Positions 1 through 7,034 of a stretch of DNA of 64,000 nt are shown here, one piece after another; within the stretch, counting starts at the first letter, position 1, and each line of letters begins with the position of its first letter. This stretch comes from Oscillospiraceae bacterium (GTDB lineage Bacteria > Bacillota > Clostridia > Oscillospirales > Ruminococcaceae), in the NCBI GenBank assembly GCA_051882575.1, contig JBJESB010000092.1, forward strand, positions 23,421-87,420, read 5' to 3'. The notes beneath the pieces were generated by a model, which searched no databases, was not told where the DNA came from, and worked only from the letters and a program-made list of their open reading frames with translations. The position numbers and the translations under genes were made by a program.

Positions 1-189
1 ATGCTCGCTTTTTCCGTTGATAATAGAGCACATATCAAAGCTGTTGCCGCAAAAACGCTCTCGTATTTCATCAGCAGCGCTGCATAAAGCGTCAAGCGGA
101 GCTTCAACCAACTGCGTTGCTTCTTCTTTTGAAATGTCCCCGCCGCTTATCACACGATTCTTTAACTCAATGAGATTTTCAGTATTCAA
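1..189 (-). CDS. bioB: Biotin synthase, N-terminal part (runs off window edge)
   Basis: Not in ORF track. Manual translation from TTG at 189 (GGAGG RBS upstream): MNTENLIELKNRVISGGDISKEEATQL...ADEIRERFCGNSFDMCSIINGKSEH, a BioB-like N-terminus leading toward the radical-SAM Cys motif; follows birA-bioY. Confidence 0.85.
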   Translation of the reverse strand, partial: MNTENLIELKNRVISGGDISKEEATQLVEAPLDALCSAADEIRERFCGNSFDMCSIINGKSEH

Positions 190-769
190 TCTTAATAAAC
201 CTCCTTCTGATTCCCTCGGTGCGCTTGCCGATGAATGCAGCTATTGCGCAAAGTACAAGGTCGCCGGGCATATCAATAGGGAAGCAGTCAAGAAAGATTA
301 CCCACAGAGTGGTTTCTTCACCCAGATACAGTGTCGCCATAAAGTATTCATATACCAGTCCGATTGCGTAAGTAACAACAAAACCGCCCAGCGCCGCAAG
401 CAGATATTTCCGGAATTTATCAGCCTTTAGTTTCTTGCAGAGAAGCCCCGTAACTGCGCTAGCTCCAATAAATGCCGCAAGATAGCCGAAGCTGGGGCGC
501 AGAACATAGGCGATTCCGCCGCCTGCTGCGAATATGGGAACACCCGCAAGCCCAAGCAGAACATATACCGCAACAGAAATTGCACCGAGCTTTGGACCGA
601 GGATAATTCCCGAAAGGATTACGAACAGAAACTGCAGCGTAAAGTAGTCAAGATGGGGCAGGGGAATCTGAATGAATGCGCCAACTGCAATAAGCGCAGC
701 GAACAGCGCACACATTACCAGAGCAAGCACGTTTACTTTTTTCTTGCTGATTGTATTTTCGTTTGTCAT
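179..769 (-). CDS. bioY: Biotin transporter BioY (ECF S component)
   Basis: Hydrophobic 196 aa with FTLQFLFVILSGIILG, YVLLGLAGVPIFA and PSFGYL motifs; between birA and bioB. Confidence 0.92.
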   Translation of the reverse strand: MTNENTISKKKVNVLALVMCALFAALIAVGAFIQIPLPHLDYFTLQFLFVILSGIILGPKLGAISVAVYVLLGLAGVPIFAAGGGIAYVLRPSFGYLAAFIGASAVTGLLCKKLKADKFRKYLLAALGGFVVTYAIGLVYEYFMATLYLGEETTLWVIFLDCFPIDMPGDLVLCAIAAFIGKRTEGIRRRFIKIEY

Positions 770-1725
770 ATTGTCCTCCTGATTGATATTTCTCCCGATT
801 TCAGCACCTCGGTGCCGGCGGGCGTTTGTACAATAAGATTACCCTCGTCGTTGATATCTGTTGCAAGAGCGGTTATTGTCTCGCCGTTTCGTGTAAACGA
901 GACAGTTTCCCCCAGCGCAGCCGAACGTTTCCGATAATCTTCAAGTAATTTTCTGCTGTCGGTTTCTGTCGTATAGTCCAGCAGCCTTGAAATAATACCC
1001 GCAGCAAGCCGGTTTCTTGTTACAGAGGATTTCAGTGAACCCGCGGTATCAGCGATATCAGGCGGGAAATCGCGCGTAGTAATATTCACTCCTGCGCCTA
1101 CGATTATTGCTTCTGCCATACCGCTTTCAATGTCGCTGATTGCCTCGGTAAGAATCCCGCAAACCTTACGCCCGTTTACCAGAATATCGTTTACCCATTT
1201 TATCTCGGTCTTGCAGTCGGTAAGCTCTTCAATTGTGTCCGCCAGAGCGTCAGCGGCGGCGATAGTTGTCAAAGTGCAGTCTGCAAGCGGCTTCTCGGGC
1301 TTTAGCACCACACTTAAATATAATCCTGTTCCTGCGGGCGAATAAAACGAGTGACCATGACGACCTCTGCCGCACGTTTGTGTATCAGCTGCTATAACAG
1401 TACCATGCGTCGCTCCCAGCATAACAGAGCGTTTGGCTTCAGTGTTGGTTGAGTCAATGCTTTTGTAAACGGTGATGCTGTTGGAGCAGTATTTCTCACC
1501 TAGCATTGCGTGAATGCCCTCTGCAGAAAGCACATCAGTGCTTTCATCCAGAATGTAGCCCTTGTTTGTGGCAGCTGAAATGCAGTACCCTTCATCACGG
1601 AGCTGCTTTACAGCCTTACAGACCGCCGCGCGAGTAACTCCAAGCCTGTCGGCAAGCTCTTGACCGGAAACCACACATCCGCGATTTTTTTCCAGTATCA
1701 GCGCAATATCACTGCGTAATGACAT
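766..1725 (-). CDS. birA: Bifunctional biotin operon repressor / biotin-protein ligase
   Basis: N-terminal HTH (SGQELADRLGVTRAAV), STN, QTCGRGR, KWVND and KVCGIL motifs. Confidence 0.95.
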   Translation of the reverse strand: MSLRSDIALILEKNRGCVVSGQELADRLGVTRAAVCKAVKQLRDEGYCISAATNKGYILDESTDVLSAEGIHAMLGEKYCSNSITVYKSIDSTNTEAKRSVMLGATHGTVIAADTQTCGRGRHGHSFYSPAGTGLYLSVVLKPEKPLADCTLTTIAAADALADTIEELTDCKTEIKWVNDILVNGRKVCGILTEAISDIESGMAEAIIVGAGVNITTRDFPPDIADTAGSLKSSVTRNRLAAGIISRLLDYTTETDSRKLLEDYRKRSAALGETVSFTRNGETITALATDINDEGNLIVQTPAGTEVLKSGEISIRRTI

Positions 1726-1755
1726 ACTATCCCTCCGAAATCAGATTACCTATTT

Positions 1756-1784
1756 ATTATACATCAAGATTTTTAATTTGTCAA
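1756..1784 (-). promoter_or_regulatory. SigA-type promoter of birA-bioY-bioB
   Basis: Minus strand TTGACA (1784-1779), 17 bp, TATAAT (1761-1756). Confidence 0.8.
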
Positions 1785-1809
1785 CTAATATTTCAAATAT
1801 GGTTAACAA
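1778..1809. promoter_or_regulatory. BirA operator
   Basis: TTGTCAAC-N16-GTTAACAA inverted repeat fitting the TGTtAAC-N14..16-GTTaACA BirA box; overlaps the -35 of the bio promoter. Confidence 0.8.
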
Positions 1810-1816
1810 TCTGCGT

Positions 1817-1846
1817 AAAAAGAAAGCAGGGCGAAAACCGCCCTGC
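1817..1846 (-). terminator. Intrinsic terminator after rhomboid gene
   Basis: GCAGGGCG/CGCCCTGC stem with U-rich tail on minus strand. Confidence 0.7.
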
Positions 1847-1852
1847 AAAGAA

Positions 1853-2443
1853 TCAGTAATTTCCGTTAAACTTTTTGAAATGATAATAGATGCCGAATCC
1901 TAAGCCAAATAGACCGCCCATAATATGACCGAATTGCGATATGCCGTCATTGGGATAAGCAATCGCATTCCATACTTCCTGACCGAGATAAATTGCCGAA
2001 ACGAGAATTAACGATAAGGGAATTTCACCGCGTTTCATGTTGGTGAATGCGCTGAGAATAATCATCAGGAATACAATACCGCTTGCGCCTATAACGCCTG
2101 AGCTGAAGAAAATGCTGTTAAGTATTCCCGATGCCAGACCGGTAATAAGAATCATAACCGCGGTGTTCCAGCTGCCGTATTTTTCTTCTACAACAGGACC
2201 TACCAGCAAGAGCATAATCATGTTGTTAGCAAAATGCTGAACTCCCGAGTGACCGAAAATATACAGCAGGGTACGCACATAGGTAAGCGGGTCAAGCAGT
2301 GACGGATGACCGTAGCACACAAGAAACATCTTGTGAAACCAACCTGAGGTAATCATGTCAATTATAAGAAATACCAGACAGATTCCCGCAAATGTAAGTA
2401 TAACCGGTGAGTTGTAGCTGAGTTTGTATTTTTGTTTGGTCAT
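1853..2443 (-). CDS. Rhomboid family intramembrane serine protease
   Basis: Multi-TM; H...HFANNM, catalytic GASG and GHIMGG motifs. Confidence 0.88.
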   Translation of the reverse strand: MTKQKYKLSYNSPVILTFAGICLVFLIIDMITSGWFHKMFLVCYGHPSLLDPLTYVRTLLYIFGHSGVQHFANNMIMLLLVGPVVEEKYGSWNTAVMILITGLASGILNSIFFSSGVIGASGIVFLMIILSAFTNMKRGEIPLSLILVSAIYLGQEVWNAIAYPNDGISQFGHIMGGLFGLGFGIYYHFKKFNGNY

Positions 2444-2497
2444 TTTCTGCCTCCTTTATTTTTTAGAATTATATCACATTTGAAATAATATTGCAAG

Positions 2498-3877
2498 CTA
2501 ATTTTCTGAATTTTGTTTTCTTGTTTTCTTCTTCAGTATCGCTCTGATAATCACATAGCAGACAATATGCGCTAAAATAGTTACAAACCATGATACAGGA
2601 TAGGAGGCGTAAACGGTGAACGGCGTGTGATACTCTTCAATATTGAACACAGTTGCAAGCCATACCAGTCTTAAACCGCAAGCGCCCAGCAGCGATACAA
2701 TCATAGGCATAACCGAGTAACCAAGACCTCGTATTCCGCCAACCAACACATCCATTATCCCGCAAAGCGCGTACGTTCCCGAAACCACCAAAAGTCTCTG
2801 GGCGCCTGCGTCTATTGCTTCCGCTCCCGAGGTGTAGATGCCAAGCAGAGGTTTGCTTAGTGCAACAACGCCCAATCCCAGAACAGCCCATGTTACAGTT
2901 ACGCAGAGCAAGCCTGAAAGCAGAATTTTGGTAATTCGCTCATATCTGCAAGCGCCGATATTCTGGCTTGTGAACGAAAGTGTAGACTGATACCATGAGT
3001 TCATTGCAATGTATACAAAGCCCTCAATGCTGGAAGCAGCGGAATTACCCGCAACAACCGTTTCGCCGAACAGGTTTATCGAGGATTGAATTACAACATT
3101 AGACAATGAAAAAATCGTGCCCTGAAAACCCGCAGGCAGCCCTATTCTGGCGATAAGAATAAGCTTGGAACGGTAGATTTTCAGCTTGCGAAGATACAGA
3201 GTTATTCCGCTGTCCTCGGGTTCATTTATAAGTATGCGCACAATCAGAAACGCCGACACACCCTGTGAAATAACCGTAGCAAGCGCAACTCCGCTGACGC
3301 TCATCTTAAACAGGATAACAAAAATCAGGTTGAGAATAACATTGACAATACCCGATATTACCAGAATAATTAACGGTCGCCGCGTGTCGCCTATCGCGCG
3401 CAGAATTGCGTTGCCGAAGTTGAATATCATCATAAATGTCATGCCGCAGAAATAAATTGTGAGATAGTCGGTTGCAAGCCCAAGAATTGTATCGGGAGTC
3501 TGCATAAGCGTCAGCAGAAGCCTTGCCATGGGAATGCCGGCTGCTGTAAGAACCAATCCGCAAATGACGCTAAGCAGCATTGATGTATGTACGGTGTGAG
3601 ACAGTTCTTCTTTCTGACCTGCGCCTGCGTATCTGGCAGCGGCGACATTTGCTCCTACCGAAAGACCGATAAACAGATTTGTAATTAGGTTAATCAGAGC
3701 CGTAGTAGAGCCTACTGCTCCCAGCGCAGCGTTGCCCGCAAATTTACCTACAACGATTATATCCGCTGCGTTGAACAGCAGCTGCAGCACACCCGAAGCC
3801 ATAAGCGGCAGGGTATAGATAATCATTTTGCGAAGAATCGGTCCGCTGCACATATCCATTGAAAATGCCGAACTCAA
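2498..3877 (-). CDS. MATE family efflux transporter
   Basis: 459 aa, about 12 TM; LQLLFNAADIIVVG, RAIGDTRRPL, GVALAT motifs. Confidence 0.92.
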   Translation of the reverse strand: MSSAFSMDMCSGPILRKMIIYTLPLMASGVLQLLFNAADIIVVGKFAGNAALGAVGSTTALINLITNLFIGLSVGANVAAARYAGAGQKEELSHTVHTSMLLSVICGLVLTAAGIPMARLLLTLMQTPDTILGLATDYLTIYFCGMTFMMIFNFGNAILRAIGDTRRPLIILVISGIVNVILNLIFVILFKMSVSGVALATVISQGVSAFLIVRILINEPEDSGITLYLRKLKIYRSKLILIARIGLPAGFQGTIFSLSNVVIQSSINLFGETVVAGNSAASSIEGFVYIAMNSWYQSTLSFTSQNIGACRYERITKILLSGLLCVTVTWAVLGLGVVALSKPLLGIYTSGAEAIDAGAQRLLVVSGTYALCGIMDVLVGGIRGLGYSVMPMIVSLLGACGLRLVWLATVFNIEEYHTPFTVYASYPVSWFVTILAHIVCYVIIRAILKKKTRKQNSEN

Positions 3878-3898
3878 AATTATCTCCCTTTCATTATG

Positions 3899-3923
3899 AA
3901 AGGGCTGCTATCATGCAGCCCTT
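3899..3923 (-). terminator. Hairpin / probable terminator following the channel remnant
   Basis: AAGGGCTGC/GCAGCCCTT stem. Confidence 0.5.
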
Positions 3924-3927
3924 ATCT

Positions 3928-4069
3928 TTAATGCTTAATATTATTTTCCACGCATACCTCGTTAAGTGCGGGTACTGTCTGTAATCCCAGTATTACGGCG
4001 TTGAAAATGATTACACCCAGAATTACGGTCTAAAAATGTGCTTTCTACAAAATTTTTAAATTTCTGCAT
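3928..4069 (-). pseudogene. Frameshifted, truncated remnant of an ion-transport (BacNav-like voltage-gated channel) gene
   Basis: AAGGAG RBS, ATG at 4069: MQKFKNFVESTF, then in a shifted frame TVILGVIIFNAVILGLQTVPALNEVCVENNIKH*; resembles the S1 helix start of bacterial Ion_trans channels. Confidence 0.6.
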
Positions 4070-4394
4070 AATTGTGCTCCTTTTAAAATCACATTATATA
4101 TTTTATCACTATTGATAATTTTTGTCAATAATTTTGTTGCTTATATTTTTGCATTTTGCGCAGAATATCCACTTTTCTTTCAAAATTTATTGAGTTTTCT
4201 GCGTTTACGTTTTACTTTGACATATAGTAATTTTTTTTATGAAGGAAGGTAATATTTTTCTTGCTTTATTATATATTTTGCGGAATTATATAGTATATTG
4301 TATAAAACTATTGTTAATATTTACAAAAAGCACTTGCAATTGTAGAAAAATTATGTTATAATAATAACATAGATATTGGAAATGAGGTGAAAGC

Positions 4395-6041
4395 ATGGGT
4401 ATGACAGCTGACGATTGCCAAAAGCTGATGGATATGCTTGCAAGCGATTCTGATTGTGTGCATTTTATGTGGAATTGCAAAACCGGCACTGTTAATTGCA
4501 TAGGCAACAATTATATTCCCGACGGTGTTGAGGACCCGCTGGACTATATTCGTGCAAGTGGATATATCAATGAAAAATCGCTTTCGGTTTTTGATGTTTT
4601 TGCATCTCAAATTGAGCAGGGAATTATCTCGGGAATTGACCGCAGTAATCTTTCTTCCGATATCTTAATTCGCCTGAATCCAGACAGTGAATATCGCAAG
4701 TGCCATGTATTCGCTCTGTTTATGCGCGGCAATGATAACAAAATCACTGATGTGCATTTTAACATCAGACCTTTCACCAAAAAAGAAGAGTTTGACAGCA
4801 ATGTTTTAAGCGAGTTTTCATCCGACCGCGCACCAAAGCATTTCGGCAACAGGGTATCGGCACTGATGGCTGCCAATACCGACTGTGAAATTGCTTTTAT
4901 TCAGTTTGATGTTGAACGCTTCAAGATTGTTAACGATACCTATGGAGTAGAAACAGGCGACGAGATACTTAAGTTCTTTTCGGAGTCATTAAACGTAATT
5001 TGCAGTGATAATCAGCCATTCTGCCGTCTGACTGCGGATGTTTTTATGATAGTAACCCCTTTTGAATCCTACAACGATTTGATTGAGTTCATCCGCAGAA
5101 TTGAAAGCTGCCTTACAGGCTACAAGGGAATTGAATACAGACTCATTTTCGGTGTTGCAATCGCAGAGGAAAGAGCTGTTCATAGCCGACAATACGGAGA
5201 TAATGCATCTATTGCCAGAAAGTCGATAAAGGGTAATGCTCTTAACAATATAGGTTTCTATAACGGCGAAATGAAGAGCGAGCTGCAAAAGAAGCACACG
5301 CTTGAAGATTATATGTATAAAGCGCTGCTTAATAACGAGTTCGTGATGTATCTTCAGCCCAAGTACTCCATTTCCAGCGGCAGAATAATCGGCGCAGAGG
5401 CTCTTGCAAGGTGGCTTCATCCCGAAAAGGGAATGATAGCACCCGCAGATTTTATACCGTTGTTTGAGCAGAACGGCTTTATTGTAAAGCTTGACCAGCT
5501 AATTTGGGAGAGTGCCTGCAAGAAAATCAGAAGCTGGATTGACAACGGGCTTGAGCCTGTTCCGATATCGGTAAATGTATCGCGTGAGTACCTCAACAGC
5601 TTTGATGCTGTCGGTAAACTGAAATCGCTTGTGAATAAATATTCTATACCGATTCATCTGCTGGAGCTTGAAATAACCGAAACTATTGACACCGAAGGTG
5701 TTCAGGCTGTAGTACGGGATATGAAGGAAGCGGGCTTCACTATGCTGATGGATGATTTCGGCTCGGGTTATTCATCACTTAATATGCTTAAGACTACTCA
5801 ATTTGACGTGCTGAAAATTGACCGAAGCTTTTTGTCGGAGTTCATGGAAAGCTCGCGTGGAAGAAAGATTATTTCACACACGATTTCCATGTCACAGGAC
5901 ATTGGACTTGATATAATAGCCGAGGGCGTTGAAACCTATGAGCAGGCTCAATTCCTGAAAAATTGCGGCTGTGATTCCGCACAGGGCTTTTACTATTCCA
6001 AGCCCGTTCCTGCCGAAGAGTTTGATGCTATTCTTGCATAA
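4395..6041 (+). CDS. c-di-GMP phosphodiesterase, degenerate GGDEF plus intact EAL domain
   Basis: FKIVNDTYG...GDEIL with RLTADVF in place of RxGGDEF; EALARW, DDFGSGYSS, KIDRSF, AEGVET, QGFYYSKP. Confidence 0.9.
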   Translation: MGMTADDCQKLMDMLASDSDCVHFMWNCKTGTVNCIGNNYIPDGVEDPLDYIRASGYINEKSLSVFDVFASQIEQGIISGIDRSNLSSDILIRLNPDSEYRKCHVFALFMRGNDNKITDVHFNIRPFTKKEEFDSNVLSEFSSDRAPKHFGNRVSALMAANTDCEIAFIQFDVERFKIVNDTYGVETGDEILKFFSESLNVICSDNQPFCRLTADVFMIVTPFESYNDLIEFIRRIESCLTGYKGIEYRLIFGVAIAEERAVHSRQYGDNASIARKSIKGNALNNIGFYNGEMKSELQKKHTLEDYMYKALLNNEFVMYLQPKYSISSGRIIGAEALARWLHPEKGMIAPADFIPLFEQNGFIVKLDQLIWESACKKIRSWIDNGLEPVPISVNVSREYLNSFDAVGKLKSLVNKYSIPIHLLELEITETIDTEGVQAVVRDMKEAGFTMLMDDFGSGYSSLNMLKTTQFDVLKIDRSFLSEFMESSRGRKIISHTISMSQDIGLDIIAEGVETYEQAQFLKNCGCDSAQGFYYSKPVPAEEFDAILA

Positions 6042-6043
6042 AT

Positions 6044-6075
6044 AAAAGCGGCTGTTTTAGCCGCTTTTTGCTTTT
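6044..6075 (+). terminator. Intrinsic terminator
   Basis: AAAAGCGGCT/AGCCGCTTTT stem plus T tract. Confidence 0.75.
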
Positions 6076-6107
6076 AATCGGAATAATAAAAATTTGAAGG
6101 GGACGTA

Positions 6108-6136
6108 TTGACAAAACCGAATGATTGTAGTATAAT
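6108..6136 (+). promoter_or_regulatory. SigA promoter of tRNA-Pro
   Basis: TTGACA-17-TATAAT. Confidence 0.8.
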
Positions 6137-6157
6137 GATGTAGGTTTTGATATAAAT

Positions 6158-6233
6158 CGGGGTGTGGCGCAGTTGGTAGCGCGCGACTTTTGGGAAGTTG
6201 AGGCCGCAGGTTCGAATCCTGTCACTCCGACCA
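6158..6233 (+). tRNA. tRNA-Pro(TGG)
   Basis: CGGGGTG/CACTCCG acceptor stem, D arm TGGCGCAGTTGGTAGCGC, anticodon loop TT-TGG-GA, GGTTCGAATCC T arm, encoded CCA. Confidence 0.95.
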
Positions 6234-6240
6234 TTCGAGT

Positions 6241-6282
6241 AGCCTCGACACGCATTTCGCGCGTTGAGGCTCTTTTCTTTTG
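6241..6282 (+). terminator. Terminator after tRNA-Pro
   Basis: AGCCTCGAC...GTTGAGGCT stem followed by CTTTTCTTTT. Confidence 0.6.
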
Positions 6283-6354
6283 CGTGTTTTCGCCCGCGTT
6301 AAAAAATCTATTTTGTATATCGACAGATTATGATGAGCTTTCTGCTCAGCTTTT

Positions 6355-7023
6355 TTATTTTACGCCCACGACAGTTAATGTATTACCATCAACCGTAAAG
6401 CTGATTTGATACTCCGCAAAGCTCATGGTGTACATTCTGCTGTCGCTCTGGTACTGAGGGCGTGGGTCTTGAGACAGAACTTCAATAACTCCGCTTTGTT
6501 TTTCCTTCGGAATGCGTTCCAACAGTTCGGGCGAAAATTCTACATTTAATGAACCTTTCTTTTGTGCGAGTGCAAATCCGTTGTTAGCTTCGGGTATGCT
6601 GTCGGTATATTGCAAATAGGGCTTTATGTCAAATATTGGCGTACCGTTAAGCAAATCGGCGCCTGTAACATACAGAACATCTCCCTTTGTTGTACCTCGC
6701 TCAATTTTCTCAAGCTTAACCACACTCAACCCCAGCGGATTTGGTCTGAAAGGGGAACGGGTAGCGAATACTCCCATGCGGGTGTTCCCGCCAAGTCTTG
6801 GCGGGCGAACAGTTGGCTGCCATTCGTCGCGCAAGGATTCGGAAAAATGCCAGATAAGCCATAAATGCGAAAATTGTTCAATGCCCCTGATTGCGTCGGG
6901 ATTACGATATTCGGGAGTGAAAATAATCTGCGATATAACATTGTTTACCAGCCCGCTCTGCCGAGGTATTCCGAATTTTTCGGCATAATCGTTATAAATA
7001 TGAGCTATAATTTTCAGTTCCAT
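6355..7023 (-). CDS. trmO: tRNA (N6-threonylcarbamoyladenosine(37)-N6)-methyltransferase TrmO/TsaA
   Basis: KFGIPRQSG, TVRPPRLGGN, GVFATRSPFRPNPLGLS, DLLNGTPIFDIKPY, QDPRPQY. Confidence 0.92.
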   Translation of the reverse strand: MELKIIAHIYNDYAEKFGIPRQSGLVNNVISQIIFTPEYRNPDAIRGIEQFSHLWLIWHFSESLRDEWQPTVRPPRLGGNTRMGVFATRSPFRPNPLGLSVVKLEKIERGTTKGDVLYVTGADLLNGTPIFDIKPYLQYTDSIPEANNGFALAQKKGSLNVEFSPELLERIPKEKQSGVIEVLSQDPRPQYQSDSRMYTMSFAEYQISFTVDGNTLTVVGVK

Positions 7024-7034
7024 ATCCGCTCTTA

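Noticed and set aside
17-430. 137-aa plus-strand ORF
   Set aside because: Antisense to bioB/bioY, which have clear family motifs
6158-6300. tRNA-Pro as prophage or island attachment site
   Set aside because: No integrase nearby and no duplicated tRNA 3' end noticed; flanks are housekeeping genes
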